Part shown: piece after piece, positions 21,438 through 33,214 of the stretch | Position numbering within the stretch: the stretch's first letter is position 1 | How the letters are laid out: each line of letters starts with the position of its first letter | From: Felis catus | Lineage: Eukaryota | DNA: 64,000 nt | Assembly: GCF_018350175.1 (NCBI RefSeq) | Contig: NC_058368.1 | Span: forward strand, 230,332,001 to 230,396,000 | Direction: 5' to 3' | Notes under the pieces: generated by a model | What the model was told of the DNA's origin: nothing | Seen by the model: only the letters and a program-made list of their open reading frames with translations | The model's database searches: none | Translations under genes and position numbers: made by a program

Positions 21438-23699
21438 TAGTCTTTTTACCCATGCCAGTCCCAATTTATACCTCTGATACCAAACTGAAGTTAAGTTCAG
21501 GTCGGCTATATTTTTGAAAACCTGCTAACAGCTAGGAACTATCCCAAGCATTGAATGGGAGAGAAAGGAAGTTTCTGGAGCATCCCCATGGCTTCAAGAT
21601 GTTCCCAGTCTTGAAGAGAAAAGACACACATGAAACCCAGAAACATAGTAACATGCACCACCCGCTAAAGATTGAGTGATTCAGACAGCACATTCAAAGT
21701 GGCTCCCCCTGCAGGTGTGGACACGTAAGGAGGACTCCTTTGGGCACATGGGCAGAGAGGAGGAAGGACGGGGGTTTCTGGAGAGAAAAGGCATCTGGAA
21801 TGGCCTTCCTGACTCCTTTCTACACTGTTGAAACTTGCCAGCTGACGCCTCACGAAGCAGGTGACATAAGCTGGGCATTTTTACCTCCTCCATTTGCCCA
21901 GGAAAATCATTTTCCCTGATTTTCCACCCTGCTGCTAGCAACAGCTCGAGGCAGCTTCCCACAGCTGGGATGCAGAGGGCACAGTTGTGCTGGCGTGGTG
22001 ACCCTTTAGCCTGATCTTTCTCTCCGTCAGTAGAGAGCAGCTGGAGAATCACTGGGGACACCTGGGGAGTCTTTTTCTTCCCTCTGCTGCCCCTCCTGGG
22101 TATCCTGAAGCTGGTGAGCTTCTTGTTCCCACATTTGCCATTGACAGATTTACTGTGTGCGTCCAGTGCTGCCCCAAGAAGGCTGTGCACCGTCCCTTTC
22201 TCTCCTGTGGCCCCATTTCAATAAGCAGCAGCAGGGGTGGATTGTGGGGTGTACGAAAACAGCCCCTTTCATTGACATAAGCACACGTACATCAGGATTT
22301 CAGCCAAGGGGAGCCCCAGGGTGAGAACAACCATCTCCAGGTAGGGGAAGGCTCTGTGGGAACAACACGCCGATCTTTCCCTGTGCCTATGGTTTTCCCT
22401 CTGACTAGGGGTGACAGTCATACCCGGCCGCTAGGAGCGCATCACTTACCCTGAGAAGTACAGCCCCGCCCTTCACTCCCTCGGGACAGAGGAGACCGGC
22501 CAGCCTTTGGGGAAATGTTTTTTTTTCCCAAAACCACGAAAAATAGATGCCCAACTAATTACAAAGCAAAAAGCCAGACACACAAACCTAGGAAAGCAAA
22601 TTTAGTGTGGATTTCAGATTCAACAACGATCAGATTCCCACGCAACTCCCCGCACCAAGTGCTCTGAGGATCCAGCTCCCACATTCCTACTGAGGACATT
22701 CCCTGCCCTCCTCCGTTGTGACCAGTTTGCCCGAGGACACGTTCAGTCGTTCGAGTTGAAACCAAGGCAGAAGAGAACACAACAGGTCAGTTACGGGTCA
22801 ACGTGTTCCAGGAGAAGTATCGTTCCCATAGAGAGATGATGAGAAAATCTAGGACAGTTGAATTTCCAAAGAAGGGAATCCTTTTTTTCCCCTGGGCTGT
22901 GGGGGGCAAAAAATGGCAGGGCTTCCAGTGGACATGTATGTGGTTTTAATATTTAAAAATGTACATCTTAGACAATTTTTGTAAAAAATTTTACATTTTA
23001 ATATAAAAAATGTACGGTCTGCCTGCACACTGTCCTTTACTGTAGTGCTGAGCAAAGACTAAGGGTTTATGATTTCCTTTGTCTCCATGAATCTTCAGAA
23101 AACAAACAGTGCGTTATTCTTTTTGAGGTGTTGAAGAAGAGCAAAAAGAAGGAACAATCATAACGTTGGAGAAATTCCTTTAAAACCAAGCCATTCATGG
23201 TTGTTTGCGCGAAGTTTCTTAAAGATATGAACCCTTCATGGTCCACGGTCCCCATGTAGGCTTGGAACCACACAATGAGGAATCTGTTGTGTTTTTCTCC
23301 CAGTTCATTTTGGCTCCTCCAGTCTCAGCTGGACCAAAGCTGCTTCTGTTCACTGGATGCTAGACAAAGGAGCAGGTGTGGGAGGCCCACGTCCTGAGAT
23401 GTGAGGTCCTGTTCGTTGTTTTTTCTTCGTGCCCCACCAGCATCTTTTATGCTCTCTCACCTCAAGGGAAGAATGTGCTACAGACCAGACCCCCTCCCTC
23501 CCTGCTCTCCATCTTCAAGTCTGACCCCTTGGGCGGGTGGGGCAGGAGGTGGGGCCGCTCAGGAAAGGAGAGGCAGAGCAGAGAGTGGGGCAGGGCTGAG
23601 ACTGCCAGGTAAAAGTCGAGACATCCACTCAAAATTGAATGTCAGATGCACAGTGGACACAACACGCTTCCTTGGCTTCTGTGGAATTGGGAGTAAAAA

Positions 23700-23860
23700 C
23701 ACTCAAGTTCTGTCTCAGCTCGGCTACTTAAAGCTTTGTGACTTCACCGTGCTGAGCCTCGTTTCCTTCAACTGCAAAATGGGGGTGACAGTGTGGAGGC
23801 CTTAGCTCGTTGAAAGCAAATCTATGAAAAGAGCTTGGAATGTGCTTGCAAATGATACAT
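23700..23860 (+). mobile_element. MIR fragment
   Basis: ctgagcctcgtttccttcaactgcaaaatgggg core. Confidence 0.7.
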
Positions 23861-23966
23861 GCACTTTGGGGAGTGAAGTTTCCCCAAGTTGAACGTTGAA
23901 ATGGTACATTTAGACAAAACAGTGCAGAAAAGTTCAACCCCTAGCCACTGGTAATTAAACAAAATA

Positions 23967-24299
23967 CATGCTGGCCTTTGAACCACGTGGGCTAGAACTG
24001 TGCGGGTCCATTGATAGGCAGACTTGTTTTTCAATAAACACAGTAAGTGTTTACTGTAAGGACTGTAAGTGAATTCTCCTTTTGATTTTTCTCAATAACA
24101 TTTTCTCTAGCTTACTTTATTGTAAGAATATAGTGTATGATACATATAACATACAAAACATGTGTTAATTGATTGTTTATGTGATCAGTAAGGCTTCCAG
24201 TCAACAGTAGGCTGTTAGTAACTAAGTAAATCTATGCATGAATTTTCAACGGTGGAGAGGTTGACACCTCTATCTGCAACATTGTTCAAGATTCAACTA
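23967..24299 (+). mobile_element. Tigger2-family MITE
   Basis: Ends resemble the CAGTTGACCCTTGAACAAC TIR; TA flanks. Confidence 0.8.
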
Positions 24300-25601
24300 T
24301 AGATGCTAAAGTTAAGAAAAGAGACAAGTAGAAAGACAATCTAAAGAGTTGACTGGGAGCTGGCTTACATGCATCGCTATGATTTTGTTCACTGATAAAA
24401 CAATTCGTGAAGAGACTCCCCAGCTCACATCCAGGGTGAGCGTTTTTGCATTTGTACCACAAGAGTTTCTGTGCACTGGTAATGGGAAGATGACCCAAGA
24501 AAATACATTTACCAAGTATTTTATAGTGAGTGATCAAACACTGTTCTAGAGTGTTCACCAAATACAGCTTGTTTTAATTCTAGCAAAACACAGTACAATA
24601 TACCATTAGCCCCATTGCACAGCTAAGAAACCTGGGGCACAGATGCATACGTAATGCATATTATAGTGGAGTTTGGGTTCAAGGTTGTAGACCATGCCCT
24701 GAAGCACATCTTCACTGACTGTGCCAATAATGCATAAGCAGTTGAAAAGTTCCTTTTCAGGAACATGTTTGTAGATATGATTGCCAGAAACCAGGATCAT
24801 AGAATTAATAGGACTAGCTTGATGAGAGACATAACTAAATGAGAGGTAATCCAATTATTTAGACACTTTTTAAAGCAAAGCATGAAGACTTTAGGAGAAA
24901 AGGAATTTTACGTTCCAGACTTACACATTAATTTCCAAGCTTTGGCATCTAATTGTGAAACAAAAGACAGCCATCCATTTCCTGAGGATTTTATTATAAT
25001 TTACAAATTGTCATGCCTGTGGTAACGCATGAAGTTTTGCTGTCTGGATGCAGTTACAGTAGTAAATAGTCCCTTATGTAAAATTTGCTACCTTTGAAAT
25101 GTGGTGTCATGTGGAGAAAGTAAAGAAAGGGGACGTTGCAGGGCTGTGTTCACTGCTGTTGTGTTTTCTTAGTTAACCTGCCTGGTGTGTAAGGTGCTAA
25201 TTGGTATTTCAACATTAGGACAATGGAATGTTCATTTCTTCTCAATTATCACTGTGAATTTTGAGGTGAGAATAACAAAAAATCCTTGGGAAGGATCCTT
25301 GGGAAGTTTGTTAGACAATGGAAGGTGGAATAAATTTGTGTCCTGGGATAAAATCCAAACTCATGGCCCCTCTGGCCCATCATTTCCTCATCCCCACCCG
25401 TCCCACTCAAATCCTCGGAGGCAGTGGTTCTCAGACTTGTTGGTTTCCTACCCTCCCTTCACATGCTTATCTGTTACAGAAGGACTCAGAGCTTCTGACT
25501 GTGAGTTACATCTATTTATATTTATTGTATCAGAGATTAAAATTGAAATGTGCTTCAATATTTAATTTAATATATTCATTAAGAATTACTTTTAAAGTCA
25601 T

Positions 25602-25858
25602 GGAGCACCTGGGTGGCTCAGTTGGTTAAGCATCCAACTGTTGATATCGGCTCGGGTCATGAGATCAAGCCCTGTGTCAGGCTTTGCACTGATCTCAAGG
25701 AGCCTGTTTGGGATATTCTCTGTCTCTGTCTCTGTCTCTGTCTCTCTTTCTCTCTCTCTGTCTCTCTCTCTCTCTTTCTCTGCCCCTCCCCTGCTCATGT
25801 GCACACACACTCTCTCTTTCTCTCTCCCTCCCTCCCTCAATGAATAAATAAAATTAAA
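25602..25858 (+). mobile_element. Can-SINE
   Basis: Perfect 21-bp TSD aagaattacttttaaagtcat. Confidence 0.96.
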
Positions 25859-25930
25859 AAGAATTACTTTTAAAGTCATAATAAACCCATTACCTATTGA
25901 TATAAATCTTTCATTTAAGGTAATTGTTTT

Positions 25931-26156
25931 GGGGGTGCCTGGGTGGCTCAGTCGGTTAAGCGTCCAACTCTTAGTTTCAGGTCAGGTCATGATCTCACAG
26001 TATTGTGGGTTCAAGCCCCACCTTGGTTTCCATGCTGACAGTGTGGAGCCTGCTTGGGATTCTGTCTCCCTCTCTCTCTGCCCCTCCTCCACTCGTGCTG
26101 TCTCTGTCTCTCTCAAAATAAATAAGCTTCAAAAAATAATAATAAATAATAATAAC
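25931..26156 (+). mobile_element. Can-SINE
   Basis: Head, (CT)n and tail. Confidence 0.94.
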
Positions 26157-26157
26157 T

Positions 26158-26290
26158 ATTATGATGGTAGCTACACTTGTGAGCATAGCATTGAATTAAG
26201 TATCAACTTATCCGATCACTAAGTCACACAACTGAAACTAATGAAATATTGTATGTCAAATATATTTCAATTACAATAATAAAAATAAAA
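26158..26290 (+). mobile_element. L1 3' terminal fragment (carnivore type)
   Basis: ctgaaactaatgaaatattgtatgtcaa followed by an A-rich tail. Confidence 0.7.
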
Positions 26291-26320
26291 TGACTAGCTT
26301 TCCAAATACAGCATTCTTTT

Positions 26321-26531
26321 TTTTTTCAACGTTTATTTATTTTTGGGACAGAGAGAGACAGAGCATGAACGGGGGAGGGGCAGAGAGAGAGAGGGAGACA
26401 CAGAATTGGAAGCGGGCTCCAGGCTCTGAGCCATCAGCCCAGAGCCCGACGCGGGGCTCGAACTCACGGACCGCGAGATCGTGACCTGGCTGAAGTCGGA
26501 CGCTTAACCGACTGTGCCACCCAGGCGCCCC
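26321..26531 (-). mobile_element. Can-SINE, young felid subfamily
   Basis: TSD tacagcattctttt. Confidence 0.97.
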
Positions 26532-26773
26532 TACAGCATTCTTTTATAATTTTCAGATCTCAAATGTCTAGCTTAATGGAAGACAACTACATTCCCATAT
26601 CTGCTTCTTTGTTCAGCTTGTAAAATATTTTGTTTGATGTATATGAAGAAAATCTGGCCTCACACAGATATGTAGTCGGAAAATGAGTATTTTCATAGCT
26701 CTTTAGATAATTGTGGATATTATTTTAAACCACACCAAACCCTGTAAGTTGTAGTTTCTTAAAGTTTAGTTGA

Positions 26774-26933
26774 GGGGCACCTGGATGGCTCAGTCAGTTA
26801 AGCGTCTGACTTCGGCTCAGGTCATGATCTCGCATTTGTGAGTTCAAGCCGCACGTCGGGCTCTGTGCTGACAGCTAGGAGCCTGGAGCCTGCTTTGGAT
26901 TCTGTGTCTCCCTCTCTCTCTGTCCCTCCCTTG

Positions 26934-26965
<32 letters not shown>

Positions 26966-26987
26966 AATAAATAAACATTAAATAAAA
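26774..26987 (+). mobile_element. Can-SINE
   Basis: Head, (CT)n and tail. Confidence 0.95.
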
Positions 26988-28705
26988 CAAGTCCACTTGA
27001 AATAACGTAAATTTTAGCAGTGAACTTTTTGTAACGTGTTGCTGAAAATCCCTTGCTCTGTCTTGGATACATTTTGAGTGCTTTGAAAGGTCTTTTACCC
27101 TCGTGTGCCGTTGGCATATACTGTGGAGAATTATGCAGATATTCTAAACGTGGATATCTCATGTAGGATACATTTTTATATTCATTTTATAGTCCTATTT
27201 GTTGGGGCTACCAACAATCCCATCAGAAAGTCTTCAAGTACCAAGAGATTTTTAAATTCAGATTTTCCCATCCTCTCATTTTTCAGGAAAGTTGCAACTT
27301 TCTCACTGGCATCGCATACTGCCAGTCATTTCACTTAAAGTGAGGAGCTCCCTGTGTTTCTTGTTGTCCATAGGAGAATGCCCGCCGATACCCAAGACTC
27401 AATATGACTGTAGTTTGTCAGTCTTTCACGTGAAATTAGTGCCCCGTGAAAAAGGAGGCTAGTTCATTTCACAACTCAACACCCACGAAAGTGCTTTTCC
27501 AGGACAGACCATGGCAGGTGGAAGTGCCTCATGTGTGTTTTCCATTTTATCACCCAGAATATTAAAAAGATGTGCAATCGAGGATCAAGATTTAATAAAA
27601 TTAATAATTTTGACTGCTGTGTCAAGGACATTCTTAATTGGAACTGGCCCTTTCTTCTTTCTTCTTTTCTTTCTTTTTTTTTCAACTGTGAGCATGTGAC
27701 AATGAAGAATGTCATGGCTACGAGAACAGTGTGGTATCACTCTCCTGATTCCTGCTAAGACACTGATTCCATAGCCTCGACGCCAATGTCAACAAAACTG
27801 AAAGGGCGAACAACATTTTAGTGTCACTATGGAAATAGTCTTAACCGTGCAGATGCCAGAAGGAGTCCCCGGGTTCCTGGGCCAAACTTTAAGAACCATG
27901 GCTTCGGATTAGCCCTGGTCTGTGCTGGATCAGTGACCGCTTTGGGTACAAGGACGATTTTATAGCACAACTCACAATGCTGCCCTGGGAAATACTCTTT
28001 TTTCTTTTTAGAAAGAGCACGCACTTCTTTGAATAGTGTTTACCTATGCTAAATGCTTCAAGAAAGCTGCAGTTACGTTCTGTGCTCAGTTTACATAATT
28101 CCTCTCTTTGAATAGCAAGGAAATGTTTAAGCTGTTGGTTGCTTTTTCACTCAGTTGCACACTTATTAAGAATAAATACAAACTTTGAAATGTTTTCAGG
28201 ATTTAATTTTTATTTGTGCACTGTGCGATGCTACAATTTTAATTCCTTTGAGCAATAGTAATACTTTGTTTGCATTATAAAATAAATACTACAAAATGTG
28301 CAGCCAGGCATGTTAGATTGGTTTATGAGTCATTTTATTTTAAATAACACATCTGATAAATTAGATAAAAATAAGGTCCTCTGGGACTTTTTGTAAACAT
28401 AGTCTTGTCTAAAGTACAATGAATTATTTTATTCAAGTTTCTCTTTCCATGGAGTGCGTTAATGAATATCTTAAACTCTACAGCATAGCACACTGGTGTC
28501 ACGTGAGGGCCACCTGTGTAACCTTGTCCCAGCCTGGAAAGGTGTCAGGACAGGCCCTCCAGACGACAGGAAGAGAGTGGTTATGAACTTGGGTTTTGAA
28601 ATCACAGCCATTTTGGTTTGTGCCGTTTATTAACTGAGTGACCTCACACTACGTACTTAATTTTTTAAGGCTTTGTTTCCACAGCTTTAAAATGGGGTAA
28701 TATCT

Positions 28706-28936
28706 GGGGCCCCTGGTGGCTCAGTCGGTTAAGTGTCCGACTTCAGCTCAGGTCATGATCTCACAGTTGTGAGTTCGAGCCCCGTGTCGGGCTCTGTGCT
28801 GACAGCATGGAGCCTGGTGCCGTTTTCGGATTCTGTGTCTCCCTCTCTCTCTGTTCCTCTTCCTTTACACTCTGTCTCTCTCTCTCTCTCTCTCAAAAAT
28901 AAGAAAACATAAAGAATGTTTTTAAGTAAATAAAAA
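28706..28936 (+). mobile_element. Can-SINE inserted in a MIR
   Basis: TSD taaaatggggtaatatct. Confidence 0.95.
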
Positions 28937-29045
28937 TAAAATGGGGTAATATCTGTATGAATAACTCTAGATGACTCCGTGGCTACTGCAAGCGGTAAAT
29001 CAGTATAGGTCTGAAAAGGGTGTTAGCCCCTTGGCCGGTACTTCA

Positions 29046-29640
29046 TGTCTTAGTTCACTGGAGCTTCCAGAGCCAAGCTAAGGATCACAAACTGAGTGGC
29101 CTTGTCCAATAGAAATATAATGTCTCACAGTTCTGGGGGCTAGAAGTCTGCAGTCAAGGAGTCAGCTGAAGGTACTCAGGGAGGATCTGCCACAGGTGTC
29201 TCAGGTAGCTTCTGGTAGCCCCTTGGCTTGTGGCAGCAAAACCCCAGGTATTCTCCCCACACGTATATCTGTGCGTAACCACGCCATTATGTTCTTTTAG
29301 GCTCTACTTCCTTTATTAATGGCCAACATGCCTCGCAGGTGATTTACAGACATACGAACTCGACTTAGCACATCCCTTGAGTTTCTCCTGTATGTCTTAG
29401 AAGTTATTTAAGGAAATTACAGACATGATGTCTCTTTTACTTCTGTAGAAAGGAATAACTGCCCCATTATTATAGGGACCCCAGCCAGTCACACTGGGTG
29501 AGGGGCCCGTCCTACTCCAGGATGACCTCATCTTAACTATTTTTTGCAGCGTCTCTGTTTCTGATAAGGGCGCAATCTAAAGTATTAGGGGTTAGGACTT
29601 AAACATATGCATTTGGGAATGATCCAGCTCAGCCCATAAC
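29046..29640 (-). mobile_element. MLT1 (MaLR) LTR with an internal foreign insert
   Basis: tctcacagttctgggggctagaagtc and gatgacctcatcttaac motifs. Confidence 0.8.
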
Positions 29641-30009
29641 GTTTAGCAAACCCTCCATAAATGTGAGATCTTGCTATTGTTTTGTTGGTATATTGCAATG
29701 CAGATAACTCCTAAATGGTGCGTAGGAGAAGTTGGAACTAACTCCCAGGTTTCTGGTTTTGTCGACTGCTGCCGTGAACTGAACCGAGATGGAAACTGAA
29801 AAGGGGGGGCAGGGTCTGTGTTGGGGGTGTCGGGGAGCAGGAGTCAGGGTGTGATTGTTTTTTTTGTAACTTAGGGAAATTTTGTAGATCTGGGTGGCAT
29901 ATCATGTAATGATTGTAAACTCAGACCTGGGGAGAAACGTGGGCTTAAGATACGGTTTTGCCCACATCACCAGAAAATGAAATGTTTTGTCTGTGTGTTA
30001 CATACACAT

Positions 30010-30750
30010 GCTCTCATTCATCCCACAATTTATCAACTGACTATCGTGTACCAGGTTTTCAGGTCATTTTTGTTCCAAGTTATCGGCGTTCAGGAGGTTT
30101 GGCAAGCTGACAAGTCGTAAACCTAGAGATGCTTTTGGAGCAGAGTGAATACTCTGGTTTCACAGCAGCCGCAAGGGAACTGCAGAGATGCATCTGGAGA
30201 GACGGGTTGGAACCGGGTGGAGGAGGACCAGGCTGTTTTCAGGTTGAATATTTGTTTTTCCTGAAAGCATTGGGAAGCCACTGGGGGCTTTGAGCTGAAA
30301 ACCGGCAGGTGCCAGGCTGTGCTTTAGGGAGACCAATGTGGAAATACTTGGGGAACAGAGCGGCGGGCACCTTCACAGGGAACGCACAGGATGACGAACT
30401 TCGCCCGCAAGAAGGCTAAAACTTGGGGCCAGGGAATAGGAGAAAAACCCCATGGAGGAAATCGGGACGGTATGTGGAAACCACACAAACAATTCACGAC
30501 AAAATGGGTAGCCTAGGACAATGGGAAAGTGTGGTATTACTGAGAAAACAAATAAATAAAGGGGGATTCAGAGGGGAAATGATTTGTGGGAAGAAGTGGC
30601 TCTCAGGGTTAGACGGCTCGTCTCAGTTGGCAGAGGGTGTCCGTGGCGGAATCCCGAGGTGAACGTGGCTCAGGAGCAGTGACATAGTGGCAGGAGAGCA
30701 CTTGACATCCGCCAGGAACCATCGCCATTCCCGCGGGTGGTTAATACCAG
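30010..30750 (-). mobile_element. L2 fragment
   Basis: attgggaagccactgggggcttt and other antisense L2 motifs. Confidence 0.55.
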
Positions 30751-31165
30751 ATACTTTGTCTTTGCTTCTCTGCAAGTGTCCTGCTTCTGTCTCCCCAGTA
30801 TCTTAATCTGTCAAGACTCGACTGGAGGTGAGATGTTAATTCCCTAAGATTCTGCTAAAAATCAACAGTTTAATTAAACTTCACCAAACAGCTGCCGCCC
30901 CACGTCCCTTGTTAGGGGCCCAGTGTATCCTGCTTTGCTATATTAAGTTAAAGAAACAACCAATGTTACCTTCTGTTGAAACCACAAGGATCTTTTTAAA
31001 AGGTCTCAGATCTTGATTGCTCTTAATGTAAAAGAGGGATCTGAGCATGAAACTCAGACCAAAGCACGAGGTTAACTTCAGAAATGATGTAGAAGGGTTG
31101 ACAATGGGTAAAACAGATGTTCTCAGTGAAACAGATCCCTTTATGTAATCCTTTTATAGTGTTTT

Positions 31166-31384
31166 TTTTTAATTTTTTTTTCAACATTTATTTATTTTTG
31201 GGACAGAGAGAGACAGAGCATGAACAGGGGAGGGGCAGAGAGAGAGGGAGACACAGAATCGGAAACAGGCTCCAGGCTCCGAGCCATCAGCCCAGAGCCC
31301 GACGCGGGGCTCGAACTCACGGACCGCGAGATCGTGACCTGGCTGAAGTCAGACGCTTAACCGACTGCGCCACCCAGGCGCCCC
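31166..31384 (-). mobile_element. Can-SINE, young felid subfamily
   Basis: CpG-intact consensus-like copy; TSD taKagtgtttt. Confidence 0.97.
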
Positions 31385-31800
31385 TAGAGTGTTTTAAGAG
31401 CCCTACCCGAAGTTAATGATGGTCGCATTCAGGATTATTTCTTCATCTGACACCATGAAATTAGGGGTATTTATTCATACGAGGTCATTCGCATATAGAT
31501 CAAACATTCTCAGTATAAAAGTGATAGTTATTTAAAGGAATCAAAACATGGTGGAAATAGCAATGGTGAAAGACAAGCAATTATTTTTATTGTTGAAATG
31601 GAGGGCGAGTGCAGAATGCACTGTCAGCGTGTGAGCCACACATCGAAAGTGCCGACAAGAAACAATCACGTGTGTCTTCTTGTGAAGAGTGTGGTTCTTC
31701 TTGTGAAACGAGCTCCCTGTTACGTAGCTTATACGTAGCTCTACACTAAATTAAAAACCTACTTTGTTCTCATATAGCTTAAAATATAGTTTAAGAGGCA

Positions 31801-31920
31801 GGGGGCACCCAGCCAGCTCCGTGGGTAGAGCATGCAGTTCTTGATCTCTGGGTTGAGATTGTGAGTTCAAGTCCCACACTGGGTATAGAACTTCCTTTAA
31901 AAAAACAAAAGATAAAATAT
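31801..31920 (+). mobile_element. Short (CT-less) Can-SINE
   Basis: tRNA-like head followed directly by an A-rich tail. Confidence 0.8.
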
Positions 31921-31925
31921 ATATA

Positions 31926-32717
31926 CGGTAAAACTTTGCTTTGCGAGCATAATTCGTTCCAGAAACATGCTCGTAATCCAAAGCACTTGTATATCAAAGC
32001 AGATTTCCCCGTGAGAAATAATGGAAACTCAGATCATTCGTGCCACAACCCAAAAATATTCATATAAAAGTGATTACAGTACTGCGATATAATGCAAAAT
32101 AATACATGAAATATAAAATATAAAGAAAAATAAATTAACCTGCACTTACCTTTGAAAACCTTTGTGGCTATTGTGAGGGAGACAAGAGAGAGGAGAGTTA
32201 TTGCGTGGGACCTACTTTCACTGTCACTAACAGAATCGCTGCTGTCTATTGGCTCAATGGAATCTTTTTCTTTTCGCGAACTTTAACAAGGAACCTATCC
32301 AATGGCCTAGAATGAAGCAAAGCATTCCTGAGCTCACTCTTGTCTGGAAAAGCAAAAGACTGTCCATAGGTGCTCTGAAGTGACAAAACATCCACCACTG
32401 CCAGTGGTGGGCACCTTCCAACGTTCTGAAAAATCATGCTTTCTGTCCAATACTGCAGCCTGAGACCGAGCACCTGAGCATGGGAGGTGATCACCTATAA
32501 GCCTGCAGCGAGGGAGAGAGAGAGAGAGAGAGACATAGAGACAGAGACAGAGAGAGAGAAAAGAACCATTGGCTTAGCTGTGATCATGTGATGTTTGGCA
32601 TCACATACTATTTGTATTGCAAAACATTGTTCGTACGGAGTTAAAATTTATTGGAAATGTTTGCTCCTCTTGTGGAATACTTATGGAACAAGTTACTTGC
32701 AATCCAAGATTTCACTG
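31926..32717 (+). mobile_element. Longer Tigger/pogo-like non-autonomous element
   Basis: TA|cggtaaaactttgc...ccaagatttcactg|TA; same family as 17088-17571. Confidence 0.85.
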
Positions 32718-32987
32718 TATGTGTGTGTGTATGTGTGTGTGTGTGCGTGTGTGTATTTTAAGAAACAGGATGCAAATTTAAATTACTTAAAGCTACTTAC
32801 GCAGTGGCAATGAAACATTGCTCCTGAGTGGGGGAAAATTGCTACAAGTTAATATTGTGAAACCACGTGTAAATGGAGATATTCTCTAGGAGCTTACAGG
32901 AGACATCCCCCAGTTTATGTGTCCAAAGTAGTAGCTCCTTTCCTTCTGGAAAATAACATTTCTCCATACTGTCTCCATGCAGTTTAC

Positions 32988-33214
32988 TTATTTATTTTTA
33001 GATTTATTTCTTTTTTGAGAGAGAGAGAGAGAGACAGAGAGAGAGAGCATGAACAGGGGAGGGGCAGAGAGAGAGGGAGACACAGAATCTGAAGCAGGCT
33101 TCAGCCTCCGAGCTGTCAGCACAGAGCCCGATGCGGGACTTGAACCCATGAACCGTGAGATCATGACCTGAGCCGAAGTCGGCCGCTTAACTGACTGAGC
33201 CACCCAGGTACCCC
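32988..33214 (-). mobile_element. Can-SINE
   Basis: Imperfect TSD tctccaWgcaSttta. Confidence 0.95.

Larger units (their letters stand above)
25422..27901. mobile_element. Charlie1-family hAT element (about 1.4 kb after removing nested insertions)
   Basis: TIRs cagtggttctcagac / actttaagaaccatg; Charlie1a-like internal sequence. Confidence 0.8.

Noticed and set aside
21681..22190. 169-aa minus-strand ORF
   Set aside because: Non-ATG start and no homology or exon boundaries recognised.
31801..31900. tRNA-like sequence (also 51493-51570)
   Set aside because: Degenerate stems and an A-rich tail indicate short Can-SINEs, not tRNA genes.
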